The translations under genes and the position numbers were made by a program. From contig OX597816.1 of NCBI GenBank assembly GCA_951406725.2, forward strand, positions 29,264,001 to 29,328,000: a DNA stretch of 64,000 bases, in the 5' to 3' direction. Shown in pieces: positions 1-13,396 of the stretch. This DNA comes from Octopus vulgaris (lineage: Eukaryota). Below the pieces are notes generated by a model. The model saw only the letters and a list, made by a program, of their open reading frames with translations, did no database searches and was not told the DNA's origin. Position 1 is the first letter of the stretch; every line of letters starts with the position of its first letter.

Positions 1-455
1 TAAAAAAGAGGAAAAAAACACGAAACAAAAATCCAAAATTTTTACACTTGAAAATTCCACAATCCAGTTTTGTAGGGTTCGCAGCTGAAATGAGGTACCC
101 AGTGTTTATCCTGAGTCCCAACAGGCATGGCGAAATAGGCCTCGTAGGCCTCACACATTTTAGCAGATCTTGTAACAAATTACGTTTTTGCTCTTCTCTT
201 GATAAAAATCCTCGCAAATATAACAAAATTCATCTGCCGGATGTTTACAACTTATTGAAGCCATTAGTGACGGGTGCTGCAATCAATAACGCTGTGTGTC
301 CACTTTGACAGCTAGACGTAGACTGAACTAAAGAGTCTATGTTTCCTGAATCGTTTTATTTATGGTGCTTTCAGTGTTGGCAAAAGGTTCTGGAAATAAA
401 TATAGAGATATGTTTCCATGCAGCTTTGTCGTCCAATCGCCGTTCAAACTCCCAG

Positions 456-499
<44 letters not shown>

Positions 500-1471
500 C
501 ATTAAGTAGCATACCTACTTTAAAAATATTGATTCAGATTAATATATTAATTCAGATTAATATATAACATACTTACATATATATGTATATACATATGCAT
601 ATCTTTTTCATTTATGTCATAAAACACAAAAAATATGAAATAGGAAAACTTCGAACACGAACCTTTTTGCGACCAACGAAAGAAACAAATGGAATACAAG
701 ATAAATTACATAAAGAACGATCCTTATATATATATATATATATGCTTAAATTTTTTGATCTATATATTTATTTGTCATACGCCATAATGTGCAAACTATT
801 TGAAAGTATACTTGACAAATGTGACGTAATTGAAATTATAATTTCTTAAGAACAACGTAGGAAAATGCTACCATTGCTAACATTAGTACCAGTATGTAAT
901 TTCCCGATGCCTTGATTTGAAATCAATTACATAATTGCCAATGCATGACACTCTCAGCACTTGTACCACAACTGTGTTAGAGCTTCTGATGAATAATATG
1001 AAGCACATACATATTTCGAAGATAGAATTAATACAGACGTTAACACACGCACACACATTAATTCTCTATTGTCGTATATAGAGTACTTCGTTGGTTGAAC
1101 GAAGGGCACTTCGTTGATTAAACTCTATGAAACCCAAGAATAAAAGTGCTTATTTTATACAGAGAACGGACCCTAATTTCTGTCGTGAACATTTCATCAA
1201 CGAGCATAGGGTCCTCTATAATACAGTTATATAAGGCATTGTTGTATTTAGATGTTTAACTTAATAATAAAGAGGAAAAGGAAAGCACAATAACTTAGAA
1301 TAAACCACCGGTATGTTTAACAAGTGGAATCAGACAATGAGTCTTGTGATGTGAAAGAGCGAAGCCTAATACTTCAATTACGTGAGTTGTAATGAAACAA
1401 CTCAGATACTTATATTTAAGTTTAATTTTATATATAGGAGCAGATTCCTCTTCAATGGCATTTTCTCTATA

Positions 1472-1865
1472 TCTTTATATATAAAAGTGAAGTTGTGTGT
1501 CTGTCTCCTACGATTTAGATTACTAACTACTCCCACATTTTGCGGTGCAGTTTAACCAAAACCGGGTATCTTATAGTCGTGATTCATATCGAGCCCTTCT
1601 GGGTATTAGCGCGCGTCTACGATGAGTCTACGATTTTATAAAAATTACCATAATTGTTTTCCATCTTAATGCATTTTTTCGCTATTATATAAGGGAAGTA
1701 ACTCTCTAAAAATGTCTACGATGAGTCAACGATTAAAAAAAAAATTACCATAATTTTTTTCCATTTTTGATGCATTTTTTTGCTATTTTTTGGCTATAAC
1801 TCTCTAAAAATGCTTATATAGTTATTTCTTTTACAAACCCGAGCAACGCCGGGCAATACTGCTAG
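1472..1865 (+). mobile_element. Non-autonomous Helitron (~394 bp)
   Basis: Starts TCTTTATATATAAAAG after an A and ends CTAG (1862-1865) before a T. Subterminal GC hairpin CCCGAGCAACGCCGGG at 1838-1853. No TIR or TSD. Internal ~99-bp tandem duplication (1615-1713 / 1714-1812). Confidence 0.85.
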
Positions 1866-2357
1866 TTAGTTATACAAAGATTACCTGGGGACCTGAAACA
1901 TGTCCGGGTTTATAGTGCGTAAATCACCGGTAGGTTCAATGACATTAATATGCCATCTAAATTTGGTTTAATCGATAGCAGCCATATTAAGTTCAAAGTT
2001 TTGGAATATGATGCTCCTGAGCATAAGGTAGGAGACAAATGTTACACTGTGTGTGTGTGTGTGTGTATATTCGTTTGTGTGCGTATGTGTATGTTCATTT
2101 CTTTGTATGTATATGCATTTTGCATACTACGTCCGTCAGTAGCTGAGTAATGCAGTACATTAAACGGAAAATTCTGAAGTTGAATGAAACATGGCTCAGC
2201 TTCGGTGATATATCCGAACGTCCGTTGCAAAAGACCCTCATCATTGTCATATCCGTGCGAGCGTGTCTATTTCCCTTGTAGGGCTGAATATTGACATCAT
2301 ATCTAAATGAACACTCATTCAATGCAGTTGCGTGAAATCGGGTTGCTGCTATGCTAC

Positions 2358-2540
2358 ACATACAAATATACACATACATACATACATACATACATACATA
2401 CATACATACATACATACATACATACATAAATACATACATACATACATATATATATATACATACATACATACATACATACATACATACATACAAACATACA
2501 TACATACATATATACATACATACATACATATATACATACA
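2358..2540. repeat. (TACA)n microsatellite
   Basis: Direct reading; it generates the YIHT/MYVC pseudo-ORFs. Confidence 0.95.
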
Positions 2541-2564
2541 AAAACAGACATACAAAAACAGACA

Positions 2565-3400
2565 TACACATAAGTTACATGCTATTCGATACCTTTATGC
2601 TCGGCAATATATTTGCCTTCTAAATTGTATCCTGTTAGTACAAAAATGTGAGTGGTATATTATTTTATTCTTCTCTTTGTAGCAAATTATTTCTGTGTAT
2701 ATTTTGCAGATTTGACTCTGATGTTTGCTCTATTTATTGCAAGTTTGTTTTTAATCTTTTCCCTTGGGTATGGCACAGGAGTATTAAAAACTACTTTTTT
2801 CGCTGAAATGTATATTTATGCCTATTTGTACATAGCTAGTATGTGTCTAGCAACGATGCAGAGAAATTTAAAAGGTGAAGCTTTTAATATATTTCTGTTT
2901 CTAGTTTCTATGTATTTTATAGCCAACGCAGTTGACAGTATACGTAGTATTACTGCTGATGTCATTAGTAAGTTATCATCTGAGATGGTTATTCCACCAA
3001 ACTTTTAGTTCAGAAAGTAAAATTCTACATTGCGTAATTCTGTTGTTTTTGTAAATTGTTACAGGTGAAAATAAATGAAATATTTTAATGTTGTATTACA
3101 CGTTCGGAAGTAAACAGATTGTAAGGTAGTAGTGGATTTTATTTTATCTGGTTAATATATATAAAAATATCGTACGCTTTGCTGTATTCCTTTATTAGAC
3201 ATATTGAACGTTTTTATATTCACTAGAAATTGACATTTCAGCAATAAAGGAACTCTGTACCTTAATAAGGCAGATTGATATTTTTAGGTAGAAATTTGAT
3301 TCCAAAATAATAAACAATAAACAAAATATCTTATATTGTAAATCAGCTAAATGTGATATTCTTACAGAAGCTGCGCATCATAGATATATTCCATCTGTTA
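2565..3400 (-). mobile_element. Highly decayed Penelope-like element remnant (tentative)
   Basis: The minus strand has scattered PLE-like fragments: a VNF..TFNMSN..YIN-like RT end near 3150-3240 and TGTAACTTATGT (CNLC) near 2570. There are many stops and frameshifts, and the boundaries are approximate. Confidence 0.3.
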
Positions 3401-4279
3401 TAGAGAGATAGTTCTCTGTTTATGATATCATCTGTTTATGATATATAGTACATACTGACGTATGCATGCATCAGATATTCATCTACTAGTATAGAGGGTG
3501 TTCATTAGAGTCAGGGTTCTCTTCCCCCTTTTATGTGAAGGAAACTCGGTTGATATATTTTCTAGTTCCTTTTATCATATTACAGGTTTATTTCTTGACT
3601 CGCGTATCAAATGAGCTTCATTAGTAGAGAGCTAGACCATGTTGAAAATACAAATAAAAGAATATATACTCTAAATATTACTTTGAAATATGGTTCAATA
3701 ACACCGCAAATAATTGACTAAATTGTTTATCATCGATGTATCAGTTATTTAATTTGTTTAACAGATAATATAGACTGCTTTGATACAAATGATTTATTAC
3801 TGCCTCCTTTCGTCTGTAAATATGCAAACTGCGTTGCCGTAGCTGCTGGAAACATCGTTAATGCTTAATCTGTGTTTCGTTGATTTTTATGTGAGATGAA
3901 GTGAAGGAAAAGGATTGTAATGTAACGACTCGAAGAATTATTTAAAATGATTTCGTTTATCAGCCGATATTCTTTCACTTCATATTTTCAACGGTATAAA
4001 AGCCGTTCAATTAGGAAGCAACTTCACAAGTAAATTGATGTCACTGCTCAAAGACATAAATATTCATTTGTATTGAAATCTGCAGGGAAGTTTTCTACTA
4101 AATTACTTACAAAATATTTTGAAAATCAGCCAGATTTCCAAGAGGTTCCTAATATCAAGCTATTATTCACACTTATATATGTAATTATTTGTGTGTAATC
4201 TAAAATTATGGTCTTTGTCTTTTGCATAGAAACACAATGAATATAATTTAAAATATGTACAACTTATACATACTTATAC

Positions 4280-4699
4280 AGGCGCAGCAGTGGCTGTGTG
4301 GTAAGTAGCTTGCTAACCAACCACATGGTTGCGGGTTCAGTCCCACTGCGTGGCATCTTGGGCAAGTGTCTTCTGCTATAGCCCCGGGCCGACCAATGCC
4401 TTGTGAGTGGATTTGGTAGACGGAAAATGAAAGAAGCCTGTCGTATATATGTATATATATATATGTGCGTGTGTGTGTGTTTGTGTGTCTGTGTTTGTCC
4501 CCCTAGCATTGCTTGACAACCAATGCTGGTGTGTTTACGTCCCCGTCACTTAGCGGTTCGGCAAGAGACCGATAGAATAAGTACTGGGCTTACAAAGAAT
4601 AAGTCCCGGGGTCGATTTGCTCGACTAAATGCGGTGCTCCAGCATGGCCGCAGTCAAATAACTGAAACAAGTAAAAGAGTAAAAGAGAGAGTAAGAGAG
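4280..4699 (+). mobile_element. tRNA-derived SINE, family A, full length
   Basis: Head GGCGCAG..GTGGCTGTGTGGTAAG (A box) and GGTTCAGTCCC (B box-like), a CORE-like CTTGGGCAAGTG segment, an internal TA/TG microsatellite and a (GTAAAAGA)n tail. About ten related copies in the window. Confidence 0.9.
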
Positions 4700-5388
4700 C
4701 CTTCTAGAAGTTATGTTAAATATAACAGCTTTTTACCTAACATATAACCTGAATGAGCCTTGAATAAGTATGGATGTACAGTTTGGATAATTTATGCCAA
4801 GAGATATGACTCAATATATTAGCCAGGATGGTCACAGTTATAATGCCTTTTGTTATGGTACTGCTCAGTCAGAGTTAGACTAGGATAATACAGTAACTCC
4901 TATGAAGAAAATTACTATACTATATTATCGAATATCAAACAAGAAAAAGTTTTACAATATCTGCTGCCGAGGAAAAATCCTTAGTAAGAACCATTTTAGA
5001 ATTTTAGAAACACAGACAACAGAATTAAAATCAAAAACAAAAGTATATACTGTTGTGTCTGGGGAGAGGCATTTTCTTTTTATGCCTTATATAGAAATCA
5101 TTTTTTCAGCAAGGGATTGAAATTCAATAATGAAATATTAAATAGCATTGAGCAGATGGGCTTGTCATGACTGAAATCATTTCTCATAGGATTGTTCAGT
5201 CAAGGAGTACAACTGGAGTTCAGAAACAATTACAGCGTATATTTCTTTTCTCTTTATTTTCATTCGGTTCATTGTAGCACATTATACCATGAACTTGTGT
5301 GAGGGAGAACATATAAATTAACTACTTACGCTATGCATGTTGGTTTTAGAATTCTTTTTTTTTTCTGTTTGAGATGTTTCCTAGGTAA

Positions 5389-5611
5389 CTCTCTCACTCT
5401 TTTACTCTTTTACTCTTTTACTTGTTTCAGTCATTTGACTGCGGCCATGCTGGAGCACCTCCTTAAATCGAGCAACTCGACCCCGGGACTTATTCTTTTG
5501 TAAGCCCAGTACTTATTCTATCGGTCTCTTTTGCCGAACCGCTAGGTGACGGGGACGTAAACACACCAGCATCGGTTGTCAAGCAATGCTAGGGGGACAA
5601 ACACAGACACA

Positions 5612-5685
<74 letters not shown>

Positions 5686-5852
5686 TACGACAGGCTTCTT
5701 TCAGTTTCCGTCTACCAAATCCACTCACAAGGCATTGGTCGGCCCGAGGCTATAGCAGAAGACACTTGCCCAAGATGCCACGCAGTGGGTCTGAACCTGG
5801 AACCATGTGGTTGGTTAGCAAGCTACTTACCACACAGCCGCTCCTGCTCCTA
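5389..5852 (-). mobile_element. SINE family A, full length, inverted relative to 4280-4699
   Basis: Reverse complement of the 4280-4699 element along its whole length. Confidence 0.9.
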
Positions 5853-6983
5853 TACTTGTGAAACATCATCTGACTAACAAATGCGTTTCTTGCATCTAAT
5901 TCTACGTTGCGAGCTGCATTGCAGGCATTATATTTCAGCAATTATACTTGATAAAATCTCTTCCCCAAACAAATGCCTGTTTCCAGTGGAGTTTTTTGTA
6001 CTCGGCTTAGATGTTGTACCACATCAGTCTTGTATCATTCTGTTGAATTCTTGAGACGTGGGATTATGTTTAGCGCAAACTGATATAATTAGGCCAATGT
6101 CCTTAGTCTACATTAATGATTAAATTATCATCTCAGATATTCAAAGTGTACCGGATTCTGCATTAGAATTGAAGATTTGCGTATTTATTCGTCATACGTT
6201 CGGGTATATTTGAACGCAAATATTGCCAATCGTTGCTGTATAAACCAAAGGAGAGCAACTTGTTTTACAACAAAAATGTGTTCATAAAACATTCAATTCA
6301 TTGGCGCAAGTGATCCTAGGACACTGTTTTTCGACTTTTTTCTCCCGTCAGCCGGAATTACTAGGACCTTTGAATCTAAACAAAGCAGTGGATTATTTAT
6401 AATTTCATGGAAAGCTGTATGTTGTTTAGTGCTGATATCTGCCACGTATTGAGAAATTTGAAATAATGATTTGAATTCGAATATTGGAATATATTTTCCA
6501 ATAATTTTGATGAATCATAAAGAGATGGTCCTCCTTTAACAGCTTATTAGAAGGGGAAGCATCGCACTCAGAACACTTTGTAGACCACAATAGCAAACCA
6601 GATGAAAGTATATTCCAGACAACAACGACCTAGCCGTAATACTCGCAGATGAGTGGAGTTAAGTCTACTACCAATAGAGTAGTTTCTGTTGAATGCAACT
6701 AACTGAATGCTAAATTGTAGGGTTCAACGGTGCTACAAATCGGAACAATATAGTGGAAACTGTTAAAGATACAGAAGGACAAAGCAATAAGTCTACAATC
6801 AAAGAACAACACTGCAGACAAGAGTATGTTTTGGTGTTCAATGCAAATTACAGGTTACATCAAAACTGTGGTCCTCTAGACTGGCACCTACAAGATTTCA
6901 GAAGACCTTCCTAGATGAATTTGGAAGTAAATTGTCTGTAAAACACATGCTGTGGCCTTCAAAGAATGAGATATATTAGATAA

Positions 6984-7018
<35 letters not shown>

Positions 7019-7486
7019 TTGTTATCGCCATATTAATATGGTAGTCTTATAGATATAAGACTAAAAGCTGTCGCTGATTATCTCCATGAGGCCATCGCCT
7101 TAAGATAGCTATTTGACACACAAACTGTGTCCATTATAGAGAGACTTAGTCATTTTAATATTTCTATTATATATATATATATATAGATAACGTCTGAAAG
7201 AGTGACGGAGCGTTGATGCTACATACGCTTTTGATGAGGAGGAACAGGGTTAGCAAAAGTGACAAAGTTCTCTTTCAGAAGAGGTGTAATGCTAAAAATG
7301 GGGCAGATTTGTACTAGGACATATTTTATAGTTGCTTATTATGAGGGATCCACTGATCACGTTTAAGTACTTTCCCTCGTTCATAAAGTTGTTTTATGAA
7401 GTAACTTGAATTGAATTATTGAATTATTATACTGTTGCTTATGTCGTGGCCTTTGTCGTCGTCGTTGTTGTTGAGGAAGATGATCA

Positions 7487-7890
7487 AGAGGATGATGATG
7501 ATGACGACAACGACGACGACGATTGTGATGATGATGATGATGACAATGAAGATGATAATGAAAGGGGCGAACGACCACTCTGACGACGACAAAGTCAACG
7601 CCGATATTGGTGGCTGCTTATGATAATGATGATGGTGGTGGTGATCATGAACGTGATGGAGAAGATAGTAATGATATTTATCACCATGATAATAGACAAT
7701 TGAGGAAGGATTTTGTTTTGTTTTGCTTATCTAAGTTGACGTCTATCAATTTACCTGTTGCAATGGTGAAGAGATAATGATAATGATGATGATGATGATG
7801 ATGATGATGGTGAGGATGATGATGATGATGATGATGATGGTGAGGATGATGATGACGATGATGATGATGATGGTGTTGGCAGTAGTGATG
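7487..7890. repeat. Compound (GAT)n/(GAC)n trinucleotide low-complexity tract
   Basis: Direct reading; source of the poly-His and poly-Met pseudo-ORFs. Confidence 0.9.
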
Positions 7891-10292
7891 ATTCACACAT
7901 ACACACACATGAATCTCCCACAGTACTAACCGTTTTTCAGTGTTTAGTTGGTGAAATGAACGACCATCATCCTGTCGATAAATTTGCCCTAACCTCTCCT
8001 ATTTTCTTTTGTAAGAAGTTATCATAGTTTACTGAGAAGTATAAATGAATGTAATTTCAAAGCGATACAAATATTTAGAGGAGCTCAAAACTTATCCAGT
8101 GTCAATGAATAGTGAATGATACCAAAGAAATCTATTTATATTGTTCAGCACATAATTTTCACAGAGAAGAGATGGGATGTATTTCTAAATAGCTTTATTG
8201 AGGCAGCAGTAATAGCCAATTACTCAGGCATAAGTCTGAGACATGATATTAACAGATTCAGGGAAATTCTTTTGAAGAGAGGGACTTGTTTTCTTTTTAT
8301 ACTGTATTAGATTCTTCAAAGAATTAGCAGTTCACTTTCGCTGAAGGAGCAGCAAATAAACACTAATTTGTTTAGCAAAATATAAACAAAATCAGATATT
8401 ATAGAGAACCTGAAAACATGAATGCGAACGAGTGCGTGCATTAGTGAAAGTTAAAGAAAATAATAAAGAAAAATTTTTATTGTATCAGTAATAGTTACAT
8501 GTCACTATTGTTCTCAGTCAGTTTCTCTATTTCACTTTCCCCTCTTTCTCATTCTCTTTCCATCCCCCCCTCTCTCTCTCAGCTTATACTGGAGTAATAT
8601 GGACAGATGTATGTTGATCATACATGAAGTAATTTTGTTGCAATATTAGTTTGCGCCAAGGGACGATTTATATTAATTATTTGTTCCCATTGAAGATCTG
8701 ATTGATTGATGTGCAAATGACTTTGTGTATACCAGATCAAAGGAACGTGTAATATTATATATATAAACTCTTCTTCCAGGAATAATTTCGTCATATTGAA
8801 ATAACTTCACAGATATCAGATGTTATTGAAGCAGTTTAACTTATCACACTTCATATATAATATACGTTATTTACTCCGGCTCCTTTGTAGCATTATCGTG
8901 CGCAGAAACTAATTATTTATATGCATTCCATATTCTGGTTTCGATTCCCAATAGGAAGACGACAACAGGTTTTGGGAGAAGGGAATTTGTCCACAAAGTG
9001 GATTCAGCGGCTCCATTAATTAAGGGAACTATAGAAATTGTTTTCAGGGTATATTGTTCAGTAATTTCAATTTCCTTTCAACGTGTTGCTATTTATTTAT
9101 CAGCACTGGAAGTGTGAAAAGTTTTGTGAACTCCGTCGGGATCTGTACAGAGAAAGTAAATAAATACTAAATTGTTCTCATAACATAAAATAACGCACGC
9201 TACTATCTCTGGAGTACCCCTCTGAAAGATGTATGACAATGCTATGATAATGAACACAATACACTTCCATAAGTTTCTATAAACAAACTTCGAATGAGTG
9301 AAACGGCATGGTCACTTAACATGTAGGAAATAGCAGTAATATGCCGCTCAAACTGTATTCTGGTTTCTTACAAAATTTTAATATTGTAAAGTACTAGTAC
9401 CAGAAATATAGGTTAAATACATTCAGTCACAAAACCCCGATAGCTTGACACATAAAGAAAAAAAAAAGCAAATAAAAAGCAGCTTCCAACGAATAGATAG
9501 TCCTTTGATCGCTTCCTACTTGGGGCATTTCTGCATATATCTTTTATTTCTGTATATATCTATAAAAGCCATTGATATTTCCGTATATATTTATATTAGC
9601 TATTGATATTTAAAGGTCATATATGCCATTTTGATTCATAAATTACACATGTACTGCATCTCAATCTTCGTTACCTAGCAACACCTGGAAGACGATATGA
9701 AATGGAGATGAATGTCAAACATTGTGGGAACTCGAGTAATCGCTTACGAGCAGGTTTCTCTTTCATTTTCTATTTTCCATCCATGACTTTTCCACATGAA
9801 TATCTTATTTATATTTATTTTGATTTGAGGTGAACTATGAAGCATATAATCTATTTAAAATAGGTAAATAATTTTACTTAATCCTGAATCTGTTCGTTTG
9901 CATTTATGGCTTTGCAAATGTAACATAATTAATATGCTTACACTTATTCTTTACCGAAGAGAAGTAACTGCCTTGAAATTGTCTGTGAATATTAAGTGTA
10001 TATTTTGAAGTTCAACCATAACGAGATTAAATAGTTTTTATAATGATTTGTTTTATTAAAGACCAATTACATTTCAGAAAACAAATTCTCAGCAACAAAA
10101 TTTTCAGTCCAATGAAACAGAACAACGAACAATCAACGATTTGACAAGGTTCAAGAATCCAAACAAAACCACTGTGAATGTCTTTATAAAAGGCTTAATA
10201 CATCAGGAAAGGTGAACAGTAAAGAAAAACATGAGATCACAGAATGGCTAGAATGGAAATTCTCTCCATGCGACAGTATTAGACTATTTAAC

Positions 10293-10480
10293 GTGGCGAG
10301 CTGGCAGAATCACTAGCAAGCCAGGCAAAATGCTCAGCAGCATTTTGTCCGTTTTTATGCTCTAAGTTAAAATACTGCGAAGGTCGACTTTGACTTTCAT
10401 CCTACTGAGATCGATAAAATAAATACCATTAGAACAACTGAGTTTCGTATAATTGGCTTAACCCATCCTCCGATATTGCA
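10293..10480 (+). mobile_element. SINE family B, diverged copy
   Basis: GGCGAGCTGGCAGAATC head and AGGTCGACTTTGACTTTCATCCT..GATCGATAAAATAAATACC central domain, shared with 13178-13388 and 51394-51622. Confidence 0.75.
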
Positions 10481-12254
10481 AACACCGTGCAAAACATTTT
10501 AACTCTATATTTTGGATAACCTCTAAGTATTTTGTTCTTCATGTCTTATGATTTTTATCATACTCCTTCATTTCCTGTGCACACTGATTTCAGATACCAT
10601 CTCTATCACTTTAATTATGTGTCGTTTTGAAGCTTAGAAATCAAGGACGTGTCCATGGTACTTTGCAGAATACCGAAATGTCGGATGCGTTGCCTTGAGC
10701 ATCTCTTTGTACTCTGTGTAATTCGAGTTAACTTACCAATTTTTTGACACTGGGCCAAGATGCTTCCGTGAGAAGCATCTGATATTCAACGAACAAAGAA
10801 TTGGTCCGTACTGATGTGAATATAACATCTGTAGACAATATATTTGAACGTTATTAAAAGAACTAAATAAAAGAGAAAGACTTGTCTTTTTACTTAGCGA
10901 GAAAATAGTATCCAGTAAAACGTGTCTCCATAGCGCAAAAACTGAACAACATATAAACAATGAATTATAGTAATAAGCCTATGGAATTTTTTCTTATATG
11001 TCATCCAAATACTACCATAGTTGAATGATATACTTAACGTAGCTTTTTTGTCGCAGTCGGCGTCTTCCAAAGAGTCTCACAAATTCTGTTTTAATTGAAA
11101 TCAAATTCAATTTTTTGAATAGTGATAAGCTATAATTATACACAAAATACTTAAAATCTGGTGCAGTAGAACAAAAGTTAAGAGAAACATGTTTAGACCA
11201 AACTTGTTGACTGACGGTTAGTAACACTCAACATCGACACTTTGAGTCCTCACCATTCTTTTAATTTTTATTATGAATTATTATATTGATATTAATATTA
11301 AAGAGAAATGTTAAAGAAATATATTGGTAAAGGTTTCGTAAAGTTTTATCCATTAGAAAAATAGATATTTAATTTAAATTCTCAAAGTTTTGTCAATTTG
11401 GGCATGACGTTAAAGGGACGCTACTCATATATGGACTAAACTATTTCTTAGGCGCAACGCAACAAAAAGATAAAAGACAACACAAATCGATACAAAGGGT
11501 CCTAATATCTATTTTCATCAGTCTACATTATTTTTTTTATAAAAAATGAAATTCTGTTGCTTATTTTTTGTAATATAACTTTCTAATGTCCACTTTCGAA
11601 TAAATTATTTTAATAACAAGATTTTTTAATAATGTAGTATCTTTTTTGATTTTCTTCCCTATGGTTAGTACTGAATCATGTAGTATGGCTATTCAGAAAA
11701 GGCAAATGACAACAATTAAAATATTTTAACAGTCAATTTTCACTATTTTAAAATTTTCAAACATGGAGTTATTTATTTGCATGCTAAAAATGACTATTTA
11801 TAATTTATTTATTAATTTTATAGCAAAGAAAATACGATTATTTGTGGCTTTGTCTCTATGAGCGGTATTGAAGTCTAAGTAAGACTGTTCAGAAAAGGCA
11901 AATACTACTTGTAATTGTATTATATTCAATATCAATTTAATTTAATCTAATTAAAATAAAGTCATTTTATTAAATTTATATCTTCATGTTTTTCTCATTA
12001 TAATTAAAACTCATTAAATATATTCATTAATAACTTTGTGTCTGTACAGTACCGAAATTACAGTACGTACATTATGTTCAGAAAATCAAAGTTGCGATGA
12101 TTATCATTCATTTTTAATTTAATTTCTGAAATTTAGTGAAATGAATAAATCAAAATTTCGCTTTTGTGAATTCAAATTTGCTTCAAAAAATGGTAATTTT
12201 ATATACTATGATTGAAATTTTACTATTACCGTAATGCCTGTAAAATCACTGGAG

Positions 12255-12598
12255 TAGCCAATGAAAAATGTGGAAACTAACATTATTCTTAACAATTAAA
12301 ACTGGGAATGATGAGGACAAGAAAAAACTCATTAAAATTAGAGCTTAAAATATTGCTCCTAAAATTAAAATTTTAAATCTTTTTTATTAATTCACTTAGT
12401 ACAAAAAATAAAATTAAAAGTGAAATTGTTTATTGAATTTTTTAAAAAAATAGGAAGCAGTAGGAAAGAGGTACGTTTTAATTTTAATTTTAGCAGCAAA
12501 TTATAAGCTCTAATTTTAATGAGTTTTCTTATCCTGAACTTTTTCAGGTTTAATTGTTAAGAATATCGTTAGTATGCGTCCGCAGTTTTCATTGACTA
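12255..12598. mobile_element. AT-rich foldback/MITE-like element with ~120-bp imperfect inverted arms
   Basis: AACTCATTAAAATTAGAGCTT pairs with AAGCTCTAATTTTAATGAGTT, and ATTCTTAACAATTAAA with TTTAATTGTTAAGAAT. Arms are ~12255-12375 and ~12476-12598. Confidence 0.65.
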
Positions 12599-13177
12599 GT
12601 ATATGTATGTACGAATTGCAGAGAATAGACTCAAAACAGGTTTAATTATTTGATGAAAGGAAATGATTCTCTCGAAAGGCTAATGTTGAAAAACAGCAGA
12701 GTGAACTCCATATTACAGTGAACATACGAACAAAAAAAGCGAGAGAAAGCGTGAAATTTTATAAAACACAATTTGAGTAAGTTTATGCGAAAATGTTCAT
12801 GCAAACCAAAGAAATGATTAGTCAAGAAATTGTAATAGAATATGCTAGGTGCAATTTCGAATAGCTATAATTAAATTATAAGCTCTGCGTAAAAAGGTAG
12901 ATAACAGCTCTTTAAATAACATGATTATAATATATTTTGATTAAAAAAATGATAAAACGTACAACTGTCATATGCATACATGCATACGTACGTACATACA
13001 TTCTTACCCTTACAACTGAGAACAGACTAATTGTTTCCAATAGTATAGGCATTTCAAATGGAATATCCAAAGAGATAGTATTTCTGCACTTCTTTTTATT
13101 ATGGCTCTGAATTGATAATCTTTCCTACTGTAGAACACAAATGGTTACATGCTAGGATCTTCAACTGGTAGAAATAT

Positions 13178-13388
13178 CCTTTTCTACTCTGGGCACAAGA
13201 CCAGGAATTATTGGGGAGGGGGACAGTCGATTAGAACTACCCCAATATACAACTGGTACTTAATTTATCGACCCCGTAAGGATGAAAAGCAAAGTCGACC
13301 TCGGCGAAATTCGAACTCAGAACGTACAGACAGACGAAATACCGCTAAGCATTTCGCCCAGCGTGCTAATGTTTCTGCCAGCTCGCCT
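13178..13388 (-). mobile_element. SINE family B
   Basis: Reverse complement reads GGCGAGCTGGCAGAAAC..GAGTTCGAATTTCGCCGAGGTCGACTTTGCTTTTCATCCTTACGGGGTCGATAAATTAAGTACCAG (tRNA-like head plus conserved central domain). Confidence 0.85.
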
Positions 13389-13396
13389 TACTGCTA

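Noticed and set aside
986-1030. Other CTGANGA hits (986, ~24643, ~26863, ~42861, ~59709) as hammerheads
   Set aside because: They lack a complete GAAA box, stem III or stem I; a 7-mer like this is expected by chance in 64 kb.
2095-2682. ORFs rich in YI/HT/VC/MYVC/LSIY here and throughout the window
   Set aside because: They are translations of (TA)n, (CA)n, (TACA)n and (TCTA)n microsatellites, which lack stop codons in some frames.
7381-7908. Poly-His, poly-Met and poly-Ile ORFs
   Set aside because: Products of the (GAT)n tract; no splice or domain context.
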